The translations under genes were made by a program, and so were the position numbers. A stretch of 64,000 nt of DNA. Origin: Leptospiria bacterium. Lineage in GTDB: Bacteria > Spirochaetota > Leptospiria > Turneriellales > CBDBES01. The DNA lies in the NCBI GenBank assembly GCA_965262015.1, contig OZ253494.1:353240-417239 (forward strand), in the 5' to 3' direction. Under the pieces are notes generated by a model. That model saw only the letters and a program-made list of their open reading frames with translations, was not told the origin of the DNA and did not search any database. Positions 46,863 through 55,970 of the stretch are shown here, piece after piece; positions within the stretch are counted from its first letter, which is position 1; each line of letters begins with the position of its first letter.

Positions 46863-48581
46863 TTATTTTTGTGTAGTTATATCTAGTGTAAACTTAATAA
46901 GTTGTTTAGAGGAACCATCATGAGATTCAGAAATAGAAAACATATCTAGATATTGGAAATAACGAATAAAGTTGCTCATAAAGACTTTTAATATTTGGCT
47001 TCTCTTAAGATATATATATATAGCTTGCATTCTTATACCAAGAAAAAAAGGCACTCTTTTGGTTAATATTTTTAACATTTTATTTTTTGAACCAGGCATT
47101 TTATCCATATCTTTAATATTTTGTATTCCTGTTTGTATGTGAACCTTGTGATCTGTAAAAGTAAAAAGAGATATATACTCCATCAATTTTTTATCTTTAC
47201 CGAAAGATTTGTATGTAACACGCCACACTGAATTACCAGTCTGGGTTGATAAAGCGATCTTTTTTTTGTGGGATTGTAAGAAAATAATGTATTTTTTTAT
47301 GTATTTTTTTATTTGCTCTATTTCTTTTCTGGAAGATACAAAAAATGTAATATTTGTTTTCCATGCATAAGGTTTGAGTAAATTTTGTTCACTAGGTATA
47401 GTGTTTATGTAAAAAGAAATATGTTTAATAAAATTAAAAATATTAATAGTATTTTCTTGGTGAGCATATACTTTAAAATTTGGACTTATTCGGGATAAAC
47501 TCTTAAGAATGAAATCAGAGTGGCATGTTAAATGGCCAAACAAAAAACTACTTTGGGGGTAATGGTGAACAAGAAAACTAGATTCTGGGGAAGTATGTAA
47601 TATAATTGTATTAGGACACTGTAAGGCATATTTTTTAAAAAAATCAGGAGAGAAATAATTATAGTTTTTGAATATTAAACCACTTTTTAAAACTTGTAGA
47701 GAACCCTTAATACCTAATAGCTGGTTCTTAGGTGAAGTGGCTGCTTGTACAATCTTATCCTTTTCTTGTAGCTTTGTATCAAGTATGGATATACGATGAC
47801 TGGCAGATAGCTCTTCTGGTGCTTCTTTGTGCAATATTCTCATATCTGGTAATAAATACCGAAGATATTGCAAGAAACGACTAGATGATTTGGTAGTGCT
47901 TATCTGTATACTCTCTAACCAGTAAGTCATGAGTGTATGCCTTTTCATAACGTGAGAAAATACTTTAGGAGGTACCACATCTTTAATGCTTCCTTGATTA
48001 GGTACTTCTTTCTGAAGATTTAGAGGATAATTAGCTATTTGTATGCTATTTACATTATGCTTGATATAGATATGCAATCGATCATAGATAATATAGAACA
48101 TGTGATTTTTTTTAGTTTCTCGTACAGCTATTCGTTTATTATTAGTAGAATTTAGACTCTTTTGTATAAGTGTTTTGCAAAGAGAATACAGATGGCGGTA
48201 TAATTTTCTAGGAAGATGGCTTGGTATAATAAATTGAAAGTTGAACCGATTAACACGTAATGTATGTTTACGGATAACTATATATAGAGGTTGATACATA
48301 CTAACACCATAACCCTTAAGTAGCCTGTTATTAAATAATGGTAGAATTAACTGTTTATTTGCAAATTTAGTTAAATAAGACCAGTGTTTGATGTTTTTTG
48401 TATGAAGTAATGATAAGTAAAAATTTTTCAGTAATTTTTTTGCTTTATGCAAAGAAGCTACCTTAATGTATACTAAATCATTTGTAGAATTTGAGTAAAA
48501 CGAATTAGAACTACGTATAACAGAAACTAGTATAAAGCAGATACAAAAGTAGAAAAAATATCGAGTTAACATTCTATTCAC
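46863..48581 (-). CDS. hypothetical basic protein with N-terminal signal/anchor (572 aa)
   Basis: 'MNRMLTRYFFYFCICFILVSVIRSSNS' hydrophobic N-terminus; Lys/Tyr/Phe/Ile-rich body; no recognised motif. It lies 37 nt after the Omp85-like gene and 17 nt before the 819-aa gene. Confidence 0.5.
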   Translation of the reverse strand: MNRMLTRYFFYFCICFILVSVIRSSNSFYSNSTNDLVYIKVASLHKAKKLLKNFYLSLLHTKNIKHWSYLTKFANKQLILPLFNNRLLKGYGVSMYQPLYIVIRKHTLRVNRFNFQFIIPSHLPRKLYRHLYSLCKTLIQKSLNSTNNKRIAVRETKKNHMFYIIYDRLHIYIKHNVNSIQIANYPLNLQKEVPNQGSIKDVVPPKVFSHVMKRHTLMTYWLESIQISTTKSSSRFLQYLRYLLPDMRILHKEAPEELSASHRISILDTKLQEKDKIVQAATSPKNQLLGIKGSLQVLKSGLIFKNYNYFSPDFFKKYALQCPNTIILHTSPESSFLVHHYPQSSFLFGHLTCHSDFILKSLSRISPNFKVYAHQENTINIFNFIKHISFYINTIPSEQNLLKPYAWKTNITFFVSSRKEIEQIKKYIKKYIIFLQSHKKKIALSTQTGNSVWRVTYKSFGKDKKLMEYISLFTFTDHKVHIQTGIQNIKDMDKMPGSKNKMLKILTKRVPFFLGIRMQAIYIYLKRSQILKVFMSNFIRYFQYLDMFSISESHDGSSKQLIKFTLDITTQK

Positions 48582-48618
48582 TAGTTTAAACGATAAAATG
48601 ATTATCTCAAGTCAACTA

Positions 48619-49998
48619 TTATCTATTTGGTCTAAAACCAATTGCAACACTAATCCGTAACTTATCAATAGCTGAAGCACCTTGCGTGTGAAGTTCATAA
48701 GCTATATCTACCCCTAATGCAGGAATAGTAACATATTTAAAATAAAACCTAAAGCCAAATCCTGGACCATAATATGGTGTAAGAAGATCTTGATTACGCA
48801 TAAAGAAACCACCTTCAAACAATCCTATAAGGGTGAAAACACCATATTTAAAATTATAAATAGGTACCTGGTAGATAATAGCAAGATTAGCATAAGTATC
48901 CGCAGAAATTAGAATAGGAGGTAATGTTCTAGAACCTTCTAAACCCCCCAAGCGGTGCTCTACGGATTCAGGTAAATTACTATATGCTAGGTAAGAGGCA
49001 ACAGAAAAAGTATGATCCAAAAATGTTTCTAGAGTATACCGATTTTCAGATAATATTTGGTATATAAAATAATCTGTAGCTTCTTGTCTCAGGTTAAATC
49101 CTTGCTTAAATTCAAATGATGACCTAATACCCTTATTGTAATATAATCTACTACGTAAGTTATTATAAACAAGCTTAATACCAATATTTATAAGGAGAGT
49201 ACTATTAGGTATATTAATAATTCTTTTATTAGGAGAATCTATATTATTTTCAGGATTTATATCAGTTAAAAGAAAATTAAATGTATGGCCTATAGAAAAA
49301 TTTTGAGTTAGATTGTACCCTAAGGTATATAATAGATCAGCCCGTAATTGTTGAAAGGCTTGTAGTAATTCACTTTGCACATTTTTATTTTCTGTATAAA
49401 TAGATCCTGCTGAATGACGTATTTCACCAAAAAAATTAGTCGCCCCAAAATAGGGAACTATTAACCCAGTGAGATATTGCCAGCCTCTATTAGATCCAAT
49501 ACCTCCCATAGTGACACCAATATCATAACCAAGAAAATTAGATTCTACTAGGAAAGCACCGCCTAATATAGTGTCTTGTAAATAATAGAAAATGGGGAAA
49601 ACATACAAACTCCATTTCTCTTTAAGTACAATATGAATAATAACACCCTTGCCTTTATCTCTTTGATAAAGAATAGTAACATTAGATACGAGGTTAGATT
49701 TATAGGCATTTTCTAGGAGATCTGTGACATTAAATTGAGATAGTAGATTACCTGGCTGGTTTTTAAGCCATCTTTTGATAACAGTTAGATTAGTTTTTTT
49801 ATTATTCTTGATTTGTATACTAGAAATTTTTTTATCACCATGTTGCTGTAGAAACTTTTGTTTCTGTTGCTGAGCACTCTTGATTTTTAATGCAATATTA
49901 TATACTGCTGTATCAGTTTTAGATTTAGAAGTGGGAGCTGAGGAATAAGTACTATCACAAATAATTAATAGAAAAATAATCAAAAATTGATATATCAT
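48619..49998 (-). CDS. Omp85-family outer-membrane protein (single POTRA-like module + beta-barrel)
   Basis: Signal peptide 'MIYQFLIIFLLIICDSTYS'. POTRA-like 'ISSIQIKNNKKTNLTVIKRWLKNQPGNLL...VTILYQRDKGKGVIIHIVLKEKWS'. A Gly/aromatic-rich alternating barrel follows ('ESNFLGYDIGVTMGGIGSNRGWQY', 'GPGFGFRFYFKY...GVDIAYEL'). At 459 aa it is too short for BamA. Confidence 0.6.
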   Translation of the reverse strand: MIYQFLIIFLLIICDSTYSSAPTSKSKTDTAVYNIALKIKSAQQQKQKFLQQHGDKKISSIQIKNNKKTNLTVIKRWLKNQPGNLLSQFNVTDLLENAYKSNLVSNVTILYQRDKGKGVIIHIVLKEKWSLYVFPIFYYLQDTILGGAFLVESNFLGYDIGVTMGGIGSNRGWQYLTGLIVPYFGATNFFGEIRHSAGSIYTENKNVQSELLQAFQQLRADLLYTLGYNLTQNFSIGHTFNFLLTDINPENNIDSPNKRIINIPNSTLLINIGIKLVYNNLRSRLYYNKGIRSSFEFKQGFNLRQEATDYFIYQILSENRYTLETFLDHTFSVASYLAYSNLPESVEHRLGGLEGSRTLPPILISADTYANLAIIYQVPIYNFKYGVFTLIGLFEGGFFMRNQDLLTPYYGPGFGFRFYFKYVTIPALGVDIAYELHTQGASAIDKLRISVAIGFRPNR

Positions 49999-50214
49999 TA
50001 TATTCTCTGTTACAATAGAAGTAAATTAAGCATACTTAGTATGTGAAATAAAGCTAATATTTTTCATTTTAAAGTGCAAAATACGTTTAAATAATAAGAT
50101 CATTATTTACTCATAGAGTAAATAACGTCCAAACAATAAACTACATACATTTACCATTTGTGGAACAAGAGGTCATTCATGATTCTCATTCTGAACAAAT
50201 ATTAGGTAGAGAGT

Positions 50215-51208
50215 GGGTATCAGTTCTGGACAAAATAGACTTGGGTTAATCGTTCTTCCTTGTTAAGGATAGCCTATACATGTTATTGATCATAGTACAA
50301 GATCTAAATATATTTTTTTAACGCCTGATAATTTATTCTTTCTGTCAAAATATTTTTTTAGTTGTTTGATAGCATTCTCAACTTGTCTCTTTTGACATAG
50401 TAAACCTGGGTCACATGCATATACGGAGACATGTAGCATTTTCTATAAATTCTATGTTTTATATTCATCTATCGCAAATTATCCCCATATATTTTCCACT
50501 TAAAAAAATAAATATTCCCATGAATTTAATAATGTTTCTGCTTGTAGATTAGGTATAGCCATTATCTTCCAAAATACTTGTTTCTTACCACAACCACAAT
50601 ATAGTCATTCTTAATGTACATTGTATCTATTCCCCATACTCCAAAAGTCTTTTTATACTATTTCTCATGTTATGAATAGACCTCTAAAATAAGTATTTTT
50701 AGCTCTGTATGGACTAATATAGTCCCTCAGATAAGATGCCTTTTTTTTTTAACCACAGATATTTATACCATATTTCAAAACACCACAAGGTATTATCCTT
50801 AAAATAGAATATAATTTTATAGAGTGTTTCGTGTGATATTTGTATATTTTTATTTTTGAAGTGTAGGCTCATTGATTTTGGTGACCATTCTATTTTGGGA
50901 CATTTTTCTATTACAGCCATGAGTTTTATATTATAATATTTTGCTTATTTTTTTTGCGTAGTATTTTTTACCTTTGTGAAGTATTATGCATATTTAGCCT
51001 CTTATATGCGATGATTGATTTTATCTTTATTTTATAAAAAACAGCAGATTTTAGTATATTTGTTTTATGAGCTATTTTTCTATAGCTTATATTATCTGAT
51101 CAATATTTGTTGTTCTATATTCTCATAAGCTATTTCTCCTATGTCTTATTACTTAAGAAGAATGGTTTATAAATATCTCAAATCGTCCAGAGCTGAAATT
51201 AACTTTTC
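50215..51208 (-). mobile_element. IS30-like element, decayed copy 3 (inverted orientation)
   Basis: The reverse complement of 51153-51208 matches the left end of copy 2 ('GAAAAGTTAATTTCAGCTCTGGACGATTTGAGATATTTATAAACCATTCTTCTTAA'). The reverse complement of 50330-50420 encodes 'KRQVENAIKQLKKYF', as in copy 1. Only a 68-aa ORF (50714..50920) survives. The right-end boundary is approximate. Confidence 0.6.
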
Positions 51209-51310
51209 ATTTTATATACTGCACAAAAAAATCTTGATGAGATTATACAAAAAATCAATTCACGATCAAGAAAAGCATTAGGCTACTTAACACCCAATGC
51301 TGATTTTTAT
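51209..51310 (+). pseudogene. 3'-terminal fragment of a second IS30-like element (copy-2 subtype), abutting copy 3
   Basis: Encodes 'LDEIIQKINSRSRKALGYLTPN', matching 'LDEIIHKINSRP*KRLSYLTPN' at 28195-28262. It begins exactly where the copy 3 left end stops. Confidence 0.55.
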
Positions 51311-51327
51311 CAGCTTCAAATATGGTA

Positions 51328-53790
51328 TTAAGAATCATCAAGCAAAAAAAGAAAAGATGGTAGAATAATCATGGTTGTTATTAATATAAGAGTTAAACCT
51401 ACTATTGCTAGTAAGCCCAAACTCTTAATCATTAAATTGTTTGCAAATAGCAGGACGCCAAACCCTGTTAAGGTTGTTGCATATGATAAAAATATTGCCC
51501 CACTCACTCCATTTACGGCAGACTTAATCTTTTTACCCTCTTCCATATACCGATAATACAAGTGAATAGAACTGTCAATACCAACACCAATAAATATAGG
51601 ATATAAAATAATACTCAAGATATTAGGCTGTACATCAAATAAACCTTGTATACCAAGTAGATATAAAATACCAAGTACAATTGGCATAAAGACAATTAGA
51701 CCTTGTTTAAAGCTTGATAAGTTAAAAGATGAAAAAAAGTAGATTACCATAAATACCAGTGATAGAATCAGCCATCCATCTTTTTGGATAGAGGTTATAA
51801 TTTCTCCCAGAATAAATGGAGGCGAAGCAACTTCTATTGGATTATTATCTATTCGTAGAGAATAAAGCATTCGAGACAATATCATTACTTCTTCACCATC
51901 TTCTAGGTCAATTCCTGAATATAATAATATCTTTTGTTGATTATGAGGTCTACCTCTTGTATTCCCCTGCAAATTATTTACAATGAATTCTGGTAAACTC
52001 TTTAATGTGATCTTTTGGTAGATTAATGCATCTTTAAGTGTTTTAAGATTATCTTTTTCTTGCTTATTAAGACCTTCTAGATACTTTTGATTCTTTTGCA
52101 AAAGACTACGAATTTTACGAATGATGTTTAATTTGACAGATTGATCTTTGGGTATAAAGGTGTCTAATGTAAGTACTCGATTAATCATTGGATCATCTTT
52201 ATGTAACTTTTGTTTTAACTTTTTAATGGCAGTAACAATTTTATTTCTATGTTCTTTATTATTTGCAATGATTAATATAGGAACTGTAAATTGTCTATTA
52301 AAAACAGCACTAATCTCTTTATCTAATTGAAAAGATAGTAAGTGCGGATTCGTTATTAATTTATTGGCATCCGTATCAAAATAAAGTTTAGGTAAACCTA
52401 ACGTCGTGATGGTTAATAGTATTCCAGATAACCATAAAATTACCTTAGGTTTTTTCCATAAAAAATTTAGGGGAGAAAAAGTAATAGATGTTCGCTTAAA
52501 CTGAAAATCAAACTTATCTATTAAAATCAGCATAGTAGGTAACATAAAGATAATATAAGCCATAAAAGTACATAGCATACTAAGAGAAGCAATAAGACCA
52601 AATTCAGCGAATGCCCTAAATTCACTATAAAGTAAAACAATAAACACAAATCCACTAGTGCTAGCAGCAAGAAAAGAAGCCGTACCTGTATTACATAGCA
52701 TATTTGTAAAAGCAGTTTTCACATCTATTTCTTTATGAGAGATTTCTTCTATAAATCGTACTAAAAAATGGATACCGAAATCAACACCCAAACCAAATAT
52801 AATAGCAATGACAAAAGTACTTACTAGGTTAAGAGAAGAAATAAAAAAGCTACTAAGTCCAAGTGTAAATAGTATACCTACACATAAACTTACCAATAAT
52901 AAGGAGACAATTAGTAGATTACGAAAATAAACAAGTAAGATTACTAAAATACCTGTAATGACCAGTATCGTTATTTTTTTAAGATCTTGCTGAAGAACAT
53001 GAATAGTATCAGATTTTTTTTGATATCTACCTGTTATATTAATGGATATATTTTTATCTTTAAGTATATCAGAATCTAAAGTAGCTTGAATATTTTGGTT
53101 AGTGTTATGAACTAATTGTTTTGCCCAGTTGATATTCAAAGAAGATTGTATAGGTCTTGCAAAAAAAACAAAAACATGTTGTTTTTGTGCAGATAAATAT
53201 CTATGAAAATAAGTTGTATTCTGTGCCTGTTTAGATATACTCTTCTGGGGTGTTTGTATTGCATATTTTTTTTGATATTTGTCTAGAATATCCTTGTAAT
53301 CAAACTCTTGTTTATTAATATCCAGGTCAAAGACTAGATTGGTACGTGCCCTACTTTTTTCAGAGCTAATTTTTTTTTGTAATCGTTGGTATAAGATATT
53401 TAGATCTGGTACATCAAGATATAACAAAATATTTTTCTTAAAAAATGGATTTGGTGATTGATAAGCCAACCATTGAATCTCTGGCATGGTTTTCATACGC
53501 TCTACCAATAAATCAATACCAAGTTTACCTGTTTCAAAATCTGGACTTTTAACAACTATAATATGATTATCCGAGTGACCGAACAAGTTGTTTGCTTTGT
53601 CTAGTGTTTTTAGTAAATGATGATCATCTGGCAATAAAGCATCCAGAGAAGCATCTATGCGAATTTTCTGAATTAAAAAAAACGATATCACTACCAATAT
53701 GATAGAAGATAATAATACGATTACCCGGTAACGAAAAATAAAAGAAGCAAGTTTATAAAACAATAAGGATAAAAAATGATTGTGTTTCAT
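51328..53790 (-). CDS. MMPL/RND-superfamily exporter (two 6-TM bundles, two periplasmic loops)
   Basis: 820 aa. Duplicated architecture with 'GLGVDFGIHFLVRFIEE' and 'GVGIDSSIHLYYRYMEE' in the two TM bundles, typical of MMPL/HpnN-like transporters. Confidence 0.8.
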   Translation of the reverse strand: MKHNHFLSLLFYKLASFIFRYRVIVLLSSIILVVISFFLIQKIRIDASLDALLPDDHHLLKTLDKANNLFGHSDNHIIVVKSPDFETGKLGIDLLVERMKTMPEIQWLAYQSPNPFFKKNILLYLDVPDLNILYQRLQKKISSEKSRARTNLVFDLDINKQEFDYKDILDKYQKKYAIQTPQKSISKQAQNTTYFHRYLSAQKQHVFVFFARPIQSSLNINWAKQLVHNTNQNIQATLDSDILKDKNISINITGRYQKKSDTIHVLQQDLKKITILVITGILVILLVYFRNLLIVSLLLVSLCVGILFTLGLSSFFISSLNLVSTFVIAIIFGLGVDFGIHFLVRFIEEISHKEIDVKTAFTNMLCNTGTASFLAASTSGFVFIVLLYSEFRAFAEFGLIASLSMLCTFMAYIIFMLPTMLILIDKFDFQFKRTSITFSPLNFLWKKPKVILWLSGILLTITTLGLPKLYFDTDANKLITNPHLLSFQLDKEISAVFNRQFTVPILIIANNKEHRNKIVTAIKKLKQKLHKDDPMINRVLTLDTFIPKDQSVKLNIIRKIRSLLQKNQKYLEGLNKQEKDNLKTLKDALIYQKITLKSLPEFIVNNLQGNTRGRPHNQQKILLYSGIDLEDGEEVMILSRMLYSLRIDNNPIEVASPPFILGEIITSIQKDGWLILSLVFMVIYFFSSFNLSSFKQGLIVFMPIVLGILYLLGIQGLFDVQPNILSIILYPIFIGVGIDSSIHLYYRYMEEGKKIKSAVNGVSGAIFLSYATTLTGFGVLLFANNLMIKSLGLLAIVGLTLILITTMIILPSFLFLLDDS

Positions 53791-53820
53791 GATAATACCA
53801 GAGAAATCTAGAGTGAAACC

Positions 53821-54852
53821 CTAATAAGAGTTTTCTTCTTCAGTAGGTGAAACTAAAAGTTCATCTGCTACTTCTTCAATAGTATCTCCAATCTGGACGG
53901 CTATATGGGAACCCACCCTGCCCGGCCTACATTTAAACTTAGGCCTACCACCAATTTTTAACGTAAATTCGTCTTTTTTACTATGGTTGGGTAGTTTAAT
54001 CACATCACCTTGTTTTAAACCAATCATATTGGCATATGATAAGTCCACTGAACCAATTTCTACTTCCACGTCAATTTGGATCTGATCTAATCTACTCTGA
54101 ATAATTTGTTTATTAATTTCTGAATCATTTCTACGGATGAAAGAAAACCAATATTGAGCTGATAATTTATGTATGATAGGCTCAATAGTTAAATAGGGAA
54201 TACATAAATTGACCATACCTTCGCTATCACTAATTTTAGTTTCAAAAGTGATAAGCATTACCATCTCATTAGGAGGGACTACCTGTGCAAACTGTGGATT
54301 AGTTTCTATAGTGCCTAATCTTGGTCTTAAATCAATTACAGTAGACCATGCTTCTCGCAAATTATTTAAAATATGTACTACGACGCCTTCCATAACAGAT
54401 AATTCAATATCCGTTAATTCTCTATTAAATTTATAGTGCTTACCGACACCTCCAAAAAGTCTATCAATAATAGCAAAAGTAATGGATGGATCAATCTCTA
54501 GTAAACATGAACCCTTAAGAGGATCCATATTAACCAAAGATAGTGCAGTAGGATTAGGTATAGAGCGAATGAACTCTTCATAAGTTAATTGGTCTACACT
54601 AGTAACGTGTACTTCAACCATAGCCCTTAATTTTGCAGATAGAGCTGTGGTAGTCAAACGTGCAAAAGTCTCATGCATCATTTGTACAGTACGAATTTGA
54701 TCCTTTGAACACTTATCGGGACGTTTAAAATCATATATTTTAACACGCTTTTGTTCAGTTTGTTGTGATATGCTTTCTTTGGACTTAACTTCACCAGTAG
54801 AAAGAGCACTTAATAACTGATCAATTTCATCTTGCGAAAGTACATCTGTCAT
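53821..54852 (-). CDS. fliM: flagellar motor switch protein FliM
   Basis: N-terminal CheY-P-binding 'LSQDEIDQLLSAL'. Middle domain: 'HETFARLTTTALSAKLR', 'ITFAIIDRLFGG'. C-terminal FliN-like 'IGSVDLSYANMIGLKQGDVIKL'. Confidence 0.9.
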   Translation of the reverse strand: MTDVLSQDEIDQLLSALSTGEVKSKESISQQTEQKRVKIYDFKRPDKCSKDQIRTVQMMHETFARLTTTALSAKLRAMVEVHVTSVDQLTYEEFIRSIPNPTALSLVNMDPLKGSCLLEIDPSITFAIIDRLFGGVGKHYKFNRELTDIELSVMEGVVVHILNNLREAWSTVIDLRPRLGTIETNPQFAQVVPPNEMVMLITFETKISDSEGMVNLCIPYLTIEPIIHKLSAQYWFSFIRRNDSEINKQIIQSRLDQIQIDVEVEIGSVDLSYANMIGLKQGDVIKLPNHSKKDEFTLKIGGRPKFKCRPGRVGSHIAVQIGDTIEEVADELLVSPTEEENSY

Positions 54853-54856
54853 ATTA

Positions 54857-55882
54857 TTACCTCAAAATAGTGGAATCTAACCCAATCACACTCCATAGAC
54901 TCTTGAGACGTGTCAAATAGTATGTATACTCAAAATTTTTAGGGTAATGATTTATCTCACGGGTTAGGTGTACTTTTACCTGTACTACAGGACTATTTTC
55001 ACGTAAAATATTAGAAATAGACAAAATTTTAAAATGAATTAAATGTTTATTAGTCTGGTTTGTAAGAAAATGCTGAAATTTATGTATGACTGCTTCTTTG
55101 TTGTTAGATTGTACATAAATTCTGTGAAAGTCCGGATAAGATTTAATAAAATCAGGTAAAGCGATATACTTAAGGTAATGGGGCCAGCTCTTGCGATATT
55201 CTGCACTTAACATAAGATACACTATTTCTTCTGGAGTGATGCCAATATCTTGTGTAGTAACACTCAAACCAGATAATTGTTTGCGAGTATTATGTTGTGT
55301 CAATATGCTAACAGTATACCGGTTATTAGATGATATAAAAAAATGTGGCATTTGCTGTGGATTGGGATAAAAAAAAGCTGAAATAGTGATACGACGAGTT
55401 TGTTCATGGTATTTTGAAACAAACATATAGTTTTTTAAATCAATGGTCTTTTGAAATACTTCCCCTTTTTTGAGTATGATGAATCTGGTATGTGTGGCAT
55501 TACCCGTATAATCTTTAAAAAATATATCTCTCTGTCCATCCGTATCTGATATTGTAATATCTTTAGTAGGTAAATTAACGCCATTTTCGTCTCTTAAAAC
55601 AATACGTAAATTTTTATGAAAGTTTTTATGTAAATATAAAGTAATTGGATAATAGCCAGTATTACGTATTACTATATTAACTGGAATAGAATCACCTGAA
55701 ATATATTGCTTATGTGGTGAAGTAATAGAACATCTTAATGTACCACCAATAAAATTATCTGTTAAATTACCCTTAATATCATGATTTTGACTATTGCCTG
55801 TCTGCGTCTGGCTATAGCTATAAATTATATTACATATAATTAAATATAAACCAATACATGTATACATAGAAATCTTATGCAT
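54857..55882 (-). CDS. hypothetical exported protein (341 aa)
   Basis: Signal-like N-terminus 'MYTCIGLYLIICNIIYSYS'. A beta-sandwich-like segment follows: 'GDSIPVNIVIRNTGYYPITLYL...LRIVLRDENGVNL'. It ends 4 nt before the fliM start. Confidence 0.5.
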   Translation of the reverse strand: MHKISMYTCIGLYLIICNIIYSYSQTQTGNSQNHDIKGNLTDNFIGGTLRCSITSPHKQYISGDSIPVNIVIRNTGYYPITLYLHKNFHKNLRIVLRDENGVNLPTKDITISDTDGQRDIFFKDYTGNATHTRFIILKKGEVFQKTIDLKNYMFVSKYHEQTRRITISAFFYPNPQQMPHFFISSNNRYTVSILTQHNTRKQLSGLSVTTQDIGITPEEIVYLMLSAEYRKSWPHYLKYIALPDFIKSYPDFHRIYVQSNNKEAVIHKFQHFLTNQTNKHLIHFKILSISNILRENSPVVQVKVHLTREINHYPKNFEYTYYLTRLKSLWSVIGLDSTILR

Positions 55883-55970
55883 ACTAAGGTATCGGAAAGT
55901 ATTGAATAGAAGATACTAAAAAAGATTTAATTTGTTAGCTGAAGCATCTAATAGTATCTTAAATAAACGA

